Part shown: positions 44,507-54,840 of the stretch, piece after piece
Position numbering within the stretch: position 1 is the stretch's first letter
How the letters are laid out: the number at the start of each line of letters is the position of its first letter
From: Pelagomonas calceolata
Lineage: Eukaryota
Length of the DNA: 64,000 bases
Assembly (NCBI GenBank): GCA_918797485.1
Contig: CAKKNE010000003.1
Location: forward strand, 4,898,001-4,962,000
Reading direction: 5' to 3'
Notes under the pieces: model-generated
What the model saw: only the letters and a program-made list of their open reading frames with translations
Told to the model about the DNA's origin: nothing
Databases searched by the model: none
Program-made: the position numbers and the translations under genes

Positions 44507-45517
44507 TCACAGCACAATGCAATCCAGCTTGTCACCGTGCCAACTAGCCAACTGACACCTGCTTGAGCACGACAATGATGACGAAGAGTTCCAAGGCAAC
44601 ACCATAGAAAAGTATCGCTCCATCGAGTCCCAGCGTTGTTTTCCTACACCATCGGTGTCATACAGTTCCTGTAAGTCTGAAGGCGAAATTTTTTCGAGTT
44701 GAGAAACTTGATTTCCTTTCAAATTGCCCACCTTGTGGATCGCCCTATTTTTAGATACAATGATTGCCCTGGAGCCTACCTCTGTCCCATTCTTTGGAAT
44801 AATCGAAGCCATGGACGTCCCCCCGCTGGTTGCAATTGTCGATGCTTGAGGAAAGCATTGGAGAAGACTATTCATTTGTCGATAGTCAAATATCGCAACG
44901 CGCGCACTCGTGTTGGAGGTGAAAAATTTCTTCCTAACGACATCGGCTGGACTACGACCCAATTCATGGGGGCGCTCGCGGACCCATCTAAAGCTTGCGA
45001 GTGAACTGCACTTTCCACGCTTAGCCCATCCGCGCTGCTCACATATGTACCTCGTAGCAGAGCGGAGCCAGGACATCTTGTCACGCACTGAGATCAGAAA
45101 CAATGTCTCCAGGCCGCACGGACTAGATATCAATTCCTGCAAATCGATGAGGCGATTCTCGCGATTCTTCCCAATGCCAAAACCTGTAACTTTCCAATCA
45201 CAATGGTCCTTCCGTGTGTCGCGGGACACCGATTTCCATGTGTGCCCAAAGAAAGTGTTAAGGGTTGTCCCTGCGCACTTGGCTGGTGCCCCAATGAAAA
45301 TCCTTTGTAAATGAAGATTATCTACGTACGCGCGCAAATGCGAACACCAACCCTGAGTCGTCGGGGCCGGACGCGCGGACAACAAAGATTTGTTCAAACC
45401 GCTAGTGTTGTGCTCTTGTGGGGCATGTGATGGCGCTGCTCCTCTACTGTTCCTTGCCCGAGTAGGGGGCAGTATCGCGCCGCGGATGAGCAGGTGGACG
45501 ACCGTAATGCTCAACAT
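44507..45517 (-). CDS. Sulfotransferase-like protein (Sulfotransfer_2-like), low GC
   Basis: IFIGAPAKCAGTTL; LISVRDKMSWLRSA. Confidence 0.55.
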   Translation of the reverse strand: MLSITVVHLLIRGAILPPTRARNSRGAAPSHAPQEHNTSGLNKSLLSARPAPTTQGWCSHLRAYVDNLHLQRIFIGAPAKCAGTTLNTFFGHTWKSVSRDTRKDHCDWKVTGFGIGKNRENRLIDLQELISSPCGLETLFLISVRDKMSWLRSATRYICEQRGWAKRGKCSSLASFRWVRERPHELGRSPADVVRKKFFTSNTSARVAIFDYRQMNSLLQCFPQASTIATSGGTSMASIIPKNGTEVGSRAIIVSKNRAIHKVGNLKGNQVSQLEKISPSDLQELYDTDGVGKQRWDSMERYFSMVLPWNSSSSLSCSSRCQLASWHGDKLDCIVL

Positions 45518-45746
45518 GATGTGCCTACGGTACCGTAGGTACTGGTATGTCGATACCGTAGGTACCTACGGTAGGGGAGTTTTCACCTCAGAGGCTAACC
45601 CCATAAGTAAGCTACCTTTACAAATATAGGTAAAGAGGTGACCTCCTTGGAACCTTGGAACGAACTCCACAAGACCAGGGATTACAAAGTAGAATGAAAG
45701 CTAGGGCGACCAACGTCCAGGCCCCAGCCCGGGCCCCGCGCGGGTA

Positions 45747-45894
45747 TAGCACGCTCTATCAGCCGGCATGTGCCCGGAGCTGATATCATGATTTCCCTAT
45801 ATCCCGGATCTTTCTACTTATCCAAGTGGATCAAGCCCGGCGCTAAGTAGGCGCCGTAAAAACACCGGGGTGAACCTAAAGTAAGTTCACTTCA
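45747..45894 (+). mobile_element. Gypsy LTR 3' part
   Basis: Matches ~4650-4790, ends TTCACTTCA. Confidence 0.75.
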
Positions 45895-45989
45895 GTTCTG
45901 TTCAAGTTTGATACTAGCCTGAGTATGCCGCGCAGCCAAATGGATACAAGTCTGGGTGGACGTAGTTGCCACCTGATATACAGTCCCCA

Positions 45990-46150
45990 GAGAGAGAAAC
46001 ATACTAGCCCATCCTACCCTAGATATGTATCTCCCACTCTCTAAATTTGAGTCTATACACTGAGTGTCTATCGACGCTACGGTGTAAACCAATTTACTAT
46101 AGAACACTCTCGTCACGGCCCACGGTAGGTTGGCTTGGCCCAGCCTCTGG
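45990..46150 (+). mobile_element. Copia LTR 'R', degenerate, opposite orientation
   Basis: Reverse complement of the other copies. Confidence 0.7.
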
Positions 46151-46335
46151 CTGCCAGTGGTAAAGTGAACTTACTTTATGGAAGCGAGCGTCCACACCCC
46201 GGGCCCCCTGCTACCGGCCTACTCAGGCTAGCCTCCCAAGACTCGGAGTCCACTAACTATTATCATCCTGAGTCACTTTTATTGACGGACGCAATTCCCC
46301 GTCACAAACCCCATCAAACTTGAACATGGGAGAAA

Positions 46336-46881
46336 CACTTCGACCCCCCCCCTACCATCCTGGCCTACCTAGAAAAGGCCGAATATACACTCGGGCACCC
46401 GCACGATGCGAGGATAGCCGCGCAATTGAGCCGTATCGTATACTTGAAGCAGGTGCATCACTTGGGCTGCCCGAGCGCCCGGAAATGCGGGATACTCTGC
46501 TTTTCAGCATAAAAAAAGACGCACGTAGCGCCAAGATCCAGCTACAGTCGAATCCCCCACCTTCGTACGCACAAACTCTCGCCGGGCGTGCGCAGAAGCT
46601 GCCCTCCGCGCGGCTGCTATCCTGGTACGACCGGGCGAAGCTACGTTCATCTTGGCGTATCGTAGTGGCCGTCTTAGCGTCGCGAGAGACCGATTCGAGG
46701 TTCTCGGCGTACGCGGCGACATAAATAAATCGACGACTTTCGGGACTGAGGACAAGTGCAACCCTTTAGAAGCCACAATTGGAGCTGCGCTACGATACCA
46801 AACCCTGCGGAGCCTCACTGCAACCGAAATCGGGGCGGGAACCGTAAATGTGGCCAAGATGGTAAGGGGGGGGTCGTTGTG
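46336..46881 (+). mobile_element. Intact 546-bp CAC...GTG non-autonomous DNA transposon, 2-bp TSD AA
   Basis: TIR CACTTCGACCCCCCC vs CACAACGACCCCCCC; empty paralogous site at 42741-42755. Confidence 0.88.
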
Positions 46882-47400
46882 AACTATTTCGTTAGACGAC
46901 TACACTAACTTACTTTCCCTACACACAACGAATCGCCACCGCCAGTCTAAATTCACTATGTTATTATCACTAAATTACATTAATGAAACTATCATGATGT
47001 ACTATTGGGGAGTCAATTCTACTAGTAAGATGCAAACCTCACATACCGAGGGTGACCCTGTGCTCCCGTCCTAAACGGTACGGTGCTTTGCAAAAACCGA
47101 CACCCCCTACTCTCTCACTGCGACACCTGAGAGACCTCAGACTAGCTACTATAGCTGCATACCGTAGGTAGTGCACCAGTGAGGTTGCCGTGACGGTACC
47201 TTCAACTTGAAGTTGGCGTCACACGGTAGGCCCGTGGACTATCGGCTCAAAAAGATTACTACGGACGTTGTAGTGAGTAATGGGTGTCCAATATGTTGTC
47301 GTGTACAATCAATGATATCTGGGACCGTGACCCAGACCGCCCGGCCGCGGGCAGGCCGCGGGCCGGACGGTAGCTGGCCCCGCGGTTAAGTTCTGATAAA

Positions 47401-48366
47401 TTACGCTGTGACCGTGGTGCGGTCCGGGGAGCGGCACAGCAGGTCCACGCCAGTGGCGTTGCGGACGCGGTCGACCTCGTTGTAGAACAGGCGCCTGGCA
47501 TGCTCATAGAGGCGCATGTCCACCTGGACGAGCGTGCTAATCATCGCCAGCGTATCCGCATCCAGCGACGTTACGGAGTGGACGGGTACGCGGTGGGTGA
47601 TGTAAGTACCTAGTTTTTTGCTCCGACGCTCCAAGAACGCCACGCAACTGCATTTGCTTCGGGGCAACACGTTCGCAGCGTCAAGGGACCGAAACAACAG
47701 CAGGCATAGCGATGCGTCATAATGCTCCGTCAAGCCGACGATGCCAACCTTTTCCAGATTTGCCACGGCTATTTTCAAAGAAGGCAGGGCGTCGTCGTGT
47801 TTTACGATTCCGTGGGACCAACGGTTCGTTTGCGTGAGGTAGCGAGCTTGCATGTTCCACGGATTATAGCACTTAAACATCATGGGTGCGCCCGTGGCGT
47901 GGTCCGGGGCATGCACGAAGTGCGCCAGCCAATCCCCAAATCCTTCCTTTGGATCGTTCATCGACCAGCGACCGGGGAATTCCGTCCCCCGGGTCACACG
48001 CTTTCCCCATTTATCGTATTTACATTCGAGGAACTGGGAGTAGACGTGTTCCATCGGGTCGCGAAGCAGCACAACCATGTCTCTCGCATGGCCAAGGGTG
48101 TGTGCGAAAGAACGTTCGCTGTTACCCCTGAGCGTGTCGCCGACTCGTAGGAACCGCCCCGAGTCTTGAAGGAACGACGACCCCGCGCACTTCGGGATGT
48201 GGATAAAATTGAACGCCGTAGACTTGTTCATGCGCCATGGCACTGTCACGTCGGTGCCGTTCCAGAGCGTCCCATCCTGAGCAGAGAGGCGCCGCGGCGG
48301 ATCACGCAGGGCCGAGCCCGCCGCAAAAACCAGGCCGAGGGCCGCAACAACGCGCGGCATGGTCAT
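47401..48366 (-). CDS. Sulfotransferase (Sulfotransfer_2-like) with signal anchor
   Basis: FIHIPKCAGSS, LLRDP..VYSQF, VGLTEHYDASL, DMRLYEHA. Confidence 0.85.
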   Translation of the reverse strand: MTMPRVVAALGLVFAAGSALRDPPRRLSAQDGTLWNGTDVTVPWRMNKSTAFNFIHIPKCAGSSFLQDSGRFLRVGDTLRGNSERSFAHTLGHARDMVVLLRDPMEHVYSQFLECKYDKWGKRVTRGTEFPGRWSMNDPKEGFGDWLAHFVHAPDHATGAPMMFKCYNPWNMQARYLTQTNRWSHGIVKHDDALPSLKIAVANLEKVGIVGLTEHYDASLCLLLFRSLDAANVLPRSKCSCVAFLERRSKKLGTYITHRVPVHSVTSLDADTLAMISTLVQVDMRLYEHARRLFYNEVDRVRNATGVDLLCRSPDRTTVTA

Positions 48367-48533
48367 CGCATCTGGTCTTTACACCCGGTTGGTGGCACGC
48401 GTAGTACGCTGGGGGGGGGAGTCCTACGGCGCCGTACCCTGTGCACCTCGCACTCGGCTGCGGCTGAAGTGCGCTAGTTTGAGCGCTCACCCCATCTTTC
48501 TAGCGGACCTCCCGAGTAAAAGTAGCAGGCCCG

Positions 48534-48620
48534 TAGCAAGAGTATGTCGCAGCGTTATGTAAAGTAGCGGGGTCCTAGCTCACCAGCCAGAGGCTGGGCC
48601 AAGCCAACTACGAGTGTTTT
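48534..48620 (-). mobile_element. Copia LTR 'R' 3'-end fragment
   Basis: TAGCAAGAGTATGTCGCAGCGTTATGTAAAG. Confidence 0.7.
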
Positions 48621-49514
48621 ACGTAATAGAGAGCTTACGTTAGCGCTTTTACTGGAATTGGCACTACATCTGCCGCGCGGGGGGGCAGCGGAAGGCTGGG
48701 CCGCTCGTCGTTGGCGAGCTCCATTTCGCTCGACTAGCCTGCGCGCCGAAGAGCCGGCCGCAAACGATGCGGCGGGCCCCAAGAACGGCCAGGCTGGGAA
48801 AGTTGTGCCTGCGGGCATTTGGCCGCTTCGGGCGCGCCGATTTCCGCGACCAACCCCCGCGCGCGCACGCCGTGGTGGCTGGGAGGGTCCCTGCCAAATC
48901 TCGCGACCCACGGCGCGATTTTTGCCCGAAACCGCGTCCCGGCGAGAAACGCGGACCACACATAGACCGACATCTCACGAGCCGCTGCTGCCGAACTTCG
49001 TCTCAGATCGTCGTCGGCCACGTGGTGAATGATGTCCGACGCTGCGGTGGCCCGATCGGCTCGAAACGGCGCCAAAAAAGACGATCGTAGGTCATTTTGC
49101 ATGGTTTTGGCCGTTTTCTCGGCGAGAAAGGCCGCGTTTGCTGCCGCGTTTTTTGCAATGCGTCGTCCGACTGCCGGGGCCCAGCCGGGGCTGCCCCTCG
49201 GCGCTCGGCCATGCTCCGCCATCCTTATTCCAATCTGAGTGAAAGCTTGGCACTCGAGTGCCAGCCTGTAAGTCCTAGTGCCAGTAAAACGGCTAGCGTA
49301 AGCTCACGGTGGCGAAGCGTTCGGGGTCCGTACTACCTGGGGGTGGGTTCAATAAGTGGCTCTCTCTCTCTAGCTCTTTAATGTCGTCGCGGGAGGGGTA
49401 CGGGGGACCCTGCGACGTAACTAGCCTGAGCCTGAGCCGTCGCCCCGTACCGTAGGACCGGCGTAGGTACAAGTACCTACGGTACCGTAGGTCCCTACGG
49501 TACCGTAGGTACCG

Positions 49515-49715
49515 TCGTAGCGTCGTTAGACACCCCATGTATAGACTCAATTTAGAGAGTGGGAGATACATATCTAGGGTAGGAAGGGCTAGGGGGTTTC
49601 TCTCTCCAGGGCTGGGCGCGAGCGTCCATTAGAAGCTTCTTCTACTCGAGCCTGAGGATGTACCTCAGCTTGCTCATTGACAAGGTAGTCCATATGGCAA
49701 GTGATAAGCTTCTAA
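49515..49715 (-). mobile_element. Copia LTR 'R' 5' half plus adjacent internal region, degenerate
   Basis: Matches ~8395-8590. Confidence 0.65.
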
Positions 49716-49761
49716 GGTGAACTTACTTTACCCGTGATACGACGATACACTGGCAATTTGA

Positions 49762-49930
49762 TTGAGCGTGATGCTAGTGAAGAAACAACACCTGAACACG
49801 TCAGGCTTGACGTTGGTGTTGGAGGACGACATTGAGCTCAATATCAGTCGACTCCCCGAACTCGTGTGTCGTGTACCGCCGGCGGACGATTGGGATGTCA
49901 TACGGTTTTATTGCAAGCGCTACAGCAATG
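49762..49930 (+). pseudogene. GT25 gene fragment
   Basis: TLVLEDDI..PPADDWDVIRF with no N- or C-terminal parts. Confidence 0.55.
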
Positions 49931-50116
49931 CAAGCCGTGCCAGTTCTGCCAGTGACTCAGCACTTGAGCTAGGCGTCGGCCTAAATTACGACACTGGCAC
50001 ATGGCCCGGGAGGATGGGCCAGTTAGCCTGAGTTAGAGCGGCCACTGTGGCAGTTTCGTATTCGAGAAATAATTCTGGCAAGGGAGGCCCCTGACCTTAT
50101 CCCACTACAAATCGGC

Positions 50117-50959
50117 TCATTTCAATCGCTGGAATGCGATCCCCCTTTGGTTCCTCGGGGCGTTCCTAACCGCGACGGGCGGTAAGTCGACGAGTCTTTG
50201 CGAAAGGTGGGAGAAGCGATCTCGAAGCCAGATGTCAATGTTTTTCGCATTCCAGTCTGAGCGGAGGACAGGCTCGACTTGGGCCAGCTTTCTCGCTATT
50301 CTTGCAAAGTCCTTTGACACGACATACGCGTGGGTCCCTGGTCCAAAGCCTATGGCCCACCCCCGCCGATCGGCCTGTGGGTGTTGTTTTGTGAACCTGA
50401 AGGCACCCAGCTGCCAGATGCCCACGCGGCCAACGCGGCGCTGGGGCCAGTATCTAGCAAAAAGCGCGGAGAAATTGTGATGAAACTTTACATCATCCTC
50501 GAAGATGAAGGCACATTCGAGCGATCGCGACCGTGCCAAAAGATCTATCATTTTCAGGTGCGCAAAATTTATGTTTTGCCGGCTGCCACCATTTGACGAG
50601 GTCTTATTACCTGCGCTTCCAGACCAATAAGGGAACTCGGCTGCCAGGCACCCGTGGACGTCGTCGCCGGATAGGCCACGGGTGAATGGCCAGCCAATCC
50701 GTCTGAACTCCTCCGTCGCGTGTTTTAACCTCTCCGGCCGAAGTCCGTCATGGAGAAGCCATATGTTCGATCCGTGCTTAGTGTCCGGCTGGCAGTCGAG
50801 TGGCAACTGTGGGGCCTTGGAGCATTCTGCCGCCAGATCCAGCCTGGTTGACATCGAGCTTTGAGTCGCAGGCTCCGGCCAACGCACACCGCCAGATGCG
50901 ACGACACAGTTTTGCATGGCACACGCGATTAAGAGGAGAGAGGACAAGATCATGGCCAA
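50117..50959 (-). CDS. GT25-like glycosyltransferase with signal peptide
   Basis: RPERL, AHLKM, AFIFEDDVKF, GTHAYVVS, IDIWL. Confidence 0.75.
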   Translation of the reverse strand: MAMILSSLLLIACAMQNCVVASGGVRWPEPATQSSMSTRLDLAAECSKAPQLPLDCQPDTKHGSNIWLLHDGLRPERLKHATEEFRRIGWPFTRGLSGDDVHGCLAAEFPYWSGSAGNKTSSNGGSRQNINFAHLKMIDLLARSRSLECAFIFEDDVKFHHNFSALFARYWPQRRVGRVGIWQLGAFRFTKQHPQADRRGWAIGFGPGTHAYVVSKDFARIARKLAQVEPVLRSDWNAKNIDIWLRDRFSHLSQRLVDLPPVAVRNAPRNQRGIAFQRLK

Positions 50960-50988
50960 ACTATCACGTGTTATACTGCCCCGGCGGT

Positions 50989-51272
50989 TAACAAGAGTAT
51001 GTCGCAGCGTTATGTAAAGTAGCAGGGTCCTAGCTCACCAGCCGAGGGCTGGGCCAACCTGGCTACGAGAGTGTTTTATAGTGAACTGTTGTTACACCGT
51101 AGTGCTTTTGACACTCGATGTATAGACTCAAATATTAGAGAGTGGGAGATGCATATCTAGGGTAGGAAGGGCTAGTAGGTTTCTCTCTCTACTCCCCCTG
51201 GGCGCGAGCGTCCATTAGATGCCTTTCTACTAGAGAATGTATCAACTCAGTCTATTCACTGGCAAAATCCAT
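50989..51272 (-). mobile_element. Copia 3' LTR 'R' (50989-51191) with PPT and internal 3' sequence
   Basis: Near-identical to 8287-8570. Confidence 0.8.
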
Positions 51273-51797
51273 CAGGCGCATAGCTGCGGTAGGGCACGCC
51301 GCGAGCCTCCAGAAGCCCCATAAAACCATAAGAACGAGGTCATACAACTACCAGGCATCAAACCAATGGCCCTCACCGCAGCTAAGCGTCGCATGATGTG
51401 TGTGGGCTATGTAGTGCCGAACGCCGCGACCGCCTCAGGCTCGTACGCAACAACAGCAAAGGGTTATACGATTTGACTTTCGCTGGTGAACGCTTGGCTA
51501 CCGCATAAGCCAATGCCAATGCGACGCACCCGCGTACGTGCGCCGGGAGCCCCTCTACTGCGAGGGAGTGGTGTATAGGACGTGGTGTTATGGGTCATGC
51601 CTAGGCCTGTAGATGATCATTAGTACATGCTCCCCATATTGTATTAAACTATACTAGGACTCCCTATACCCGTTGCACCGCAGTATATTTTACCGCAGTA
51701 TACCTACGGTATTTACCTACCGTAGGTACCTACGGTACCGTAGGTACCTACGGTACGGTAATATTGAGATACAATATTCTCCCCGCAACACTGTGTA

Positions 51798-52930
51798 ATG
51801 GTGATCATGCTACCCATACCCATAGGGAGGACCGCCGGCATCCTTTTTGCCTTTGCCCTCTTGGCTCGTGGTCTGCGCGAGAACGAGCCGCGCAACACGT
51901 CGCGTGCGGCTTCCGCCATCGCGCATCCGCCCAAGCGAAGGAGCCCCATGATGATGATGCGCGACACGCGCGCGTACGGAGGCAGACGAGATAGGCTCAT
52001 AGCTCCCGAAGCGGGCATTATGTTCTCGCACCACAAATCGGGCCATATCCTGTCGCACAAGATCGTCGCGCGCGCGCGCCGGCTCGGTGGCGACGTGCGC
52101 CACGGAGGTCACTGGTTCGGCCAGGGCCTCGACGAGGGAGCAATTGCGTCGTTCGCCCGGCGAGATCGATACTTCAAATATCGCTGCCATAGTTGCTTCC
52201 AGGGGGCGCTCGTGCCGACGGCGCGCGTCGTGAATATAGTCCGGGACCCCTTCAGCGTGGTCGCATCAGGGTACGCGTACCGAACCAGAGCGGAATGTGA
52301 AATGGGGAAAGTTGATGAACTGTTGCGTTCGTAGTTGAGATCACTCCGCTTTCCATCATTCCAAAAGATGGCCGGAGGGACCTTGCCGAGCTAGGGTGCT
52401 TTAGACAACCACTCGAACGCAGGTATCACGTTCGCGGCAGCGAGCGGATGGCGCTGCTATTTCGCGACAGTGGCGAGCGTGGAGGCGATCTCGTGTCGTT
52501 TTTTGATGGCTCCGCAGTAAAATACGGGCTGCCTCTCCCACGGTCGCGCGACGAGAGCTACGTTGACTACCTTGCGCGCCTCCCCGTCGACCGCGGCGTT
52601 CTCGCGGAGATGGTCCGCGTCGACGGGTGGGATGGGCCAGAGATGGTCGCATCCGTCCGTGCGACGCGACACCTAAAAAACGGACAGAATTACTGCATCG
52701 AGCGCTTCGCTGGGCCCCTCGACACCTTCCGCAGCGCCGTCGCAGAAGTCCTCGTGGGCCTCGGTGTCGCATCTCTCGCAGTGGAAGCCTTTGACGAATT
52801 TCACGAGCCCGGTGAGCACGCAACGCGGCGAAACGACGTCGAAGCGCTCGTCGAGGCCGCGAGGAAACACGACGCGCGCTTCTTCGGCGCGTCTTTTGCC
52901 AACGCGAGCCACGAGCTCGGATGCGCGTGA
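51798..52930 (+). CDS. Sulfotransferase-like protein; GT-AG intron 52277-52422
   Basis: MFSHHKSG PAPS loop; VVNIVRDPFSVVASGYA|YH; intron removal joins two ORFs in frame. Confidence 0.7.
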
Positions 52931-52951
52931 TATTGTGCTTTGGCCTTCGAC

Positions 52952-54260
52952 TGAAGTGAACTTACTTTAGGTTCACCCCGGCGTTTTTACGGCGCCTACT
53001 TAGCGCCGGGCTTGATCCACTTGGATAAGTAAGAAGATACGGGATATAGGGAAATATCAGCCCGGGCACGTGCCGGCTGATATAGCGTGCTGATAGGCGC
53101 TAGGTTGCCGTTAACCTGTTAATTACCCGTTATTAACCTATAATTACCCCTCGGAGGGGATCCGGGGTTAATAACCCGCTCAATAACCCGACGGGTTTTC
53201 GACTAAACCCGTTTAGTGAGTTTAGCGAAGACCCCCTCCGGGCGAGCGGATGGGCGCAAGCAGCCCATTGGGCTTTTGGATACGTACAGGTGCGCCAAGG
53301 CAAGTACCAAGTCATGTGGCCCGGCGCGGCCCAGGCCCGCGCCAATGGCCCGTGAGGCCCCCTCCCCCTACCCCTCTATAAGATCCCGGGGTTAATAACC
53401 CGTACTAACGGGTAATTACCCGGGTTACTAACCCCGGGCCGCGATTGGGGTTAATAACCCCTGGGGTTAATGGCAACCTAGGATAGGCGAGAGTAATGTA
53501 GCCATAGATCCGGCGATAGGGGGCTATGGCGTTGCAGATATATATCCAGGGGAGTTTTCACCTCACTCCCCCCTTCCTGGAACTCAAGCCGGGTCTTCAG
53601 CTAATTTACCGTTGAAATCAACATCACCGCGTATCCATCAGTAACCAATTCCTTAACGATTTTCACTGGAATCTCGTTCTTATTCGTCAAACTGAACGGG
53701 TAGAATCGCAATTCGGACCTGTGGACCCTCATGGTCATTTCTTCTAAGGTTTTTGTCTTTTTCCACTTATAGATCTCAAGATCGTCCCTGCTGTCGATGT
53801 ACGCTGGGGCATAAGCCCGCTTGGCGAGGCTCTTAGCTTTGGAGTAGGTCCCAAACCAATGGAGATGGAACTCCTCTTTGGGGTTCTGGGGTTTAACTGC
53901 GCTAATCTTGGCCAATCCCCAGTTTGGAGTCCCATCGTCATCAGTCAGGTCTACAATACACATGTCCCCAGCCTCAAACTTGTCTCTATCATCATCATCC
54001 AATAAGGCATGGTCGAAATCTTGAAGGATATGGTCGTTCTCACGGTTATATGGGTATACATTCCGCACATTTTGAGTGTCAGCTGGTGTGCCGTCCAGAT
54101 TCTTGAGGTGCACTGCACTTCTAACGATCTTTTCGATCCGGAACGGCCCAGTAAATTGCATTAGGAGCTTAGAGGACACTGGGGCATCACTATTCCGATT
54201 GGGTGGACGATACACTATGACCAATTTACCTGGCTGGAGCCAGCGCGTGTTGGCCACGTA
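52952..54260 (-). mobile_element. Ty3/Gypsy 3' end: integrase C-terminus (53601-54257), PPT (53566-53577), 3' LTR (52952-53565)
   Basis: LQPGKLVIVY..SKLLMQFTGPFRIEKI is the GPY/F motif; canonical order stop-PPT-TG..CA. Confidence 0.82.
53100..53481. mobile_element. hAT-like MITE inside the Gypsy LTR
   Basis: TIR CTAGGTTGCCRTTAAC; 8-bp TSD GATAGGCG; empty site in the LTR copy near 4644-4651; related ends near 6762, 11446 and 28663. Confidence 0.85.
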
Positions 54261-54840
54261 ATATTTCTCAGGCTGAGGCTATCAAGACCAAGACCAGTTG
54301 AATAGGTGTTTCTGTGTTCCGCGCGCGGCCCGGGGGCTCGCCTATTCACTGCCAGTGGCAGCATGCTATATGGGAACCCGGTCAACTTCGTTAGCATTCG
54401 GGACAAATTTTGGAATAGGAGCCTGAGGGATTAAGAAGGGAAAGGGGTAGTCCAGGACACACAAGCGCTCGCCACTATTATCCGCTAGTACCGGAGAGGC
54501 TCCATCAGTATAAGTAACTCAGCCTGAGCCTGAGCCTGAGGCTGGGGGATCATAGCGCAATCGCTGCAGGCACGGTCCTCATGATCCGTTTTTTTCAATT
54601 TCAATCTAAGAATAGCACATTGCAGGGCCAGGACAGCATCGCCCCGGCGATAGGAATGCATACACGGGATAGAATTTTTTCGTCGAGGAAACTTACACAT
54701 CAACGTCGACCAATTCAGCTCGGGCGAGGAGATTGAAAAAAAGCCGGCAAAGCCTCGAAAGGGCAGCCAAGGCGTCGGCACCGGACTCTACGTTCTTTGC
54801 CGCGCTCCCCCGCCTGCGCTGGGCCACACGTACAAGTAAA

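Noticed and set aside
48620..49250. GC-rich ORFs 48555-49238
   Set aside because: No domain signal; likely non-coding or TE-derived.
3955..51191. Integron-like cassette array with 'R' as att site
   Set aside because: PBS and PPT context identify the repeat as a retrotransposon LTR; no tyrosine recombinase is present.
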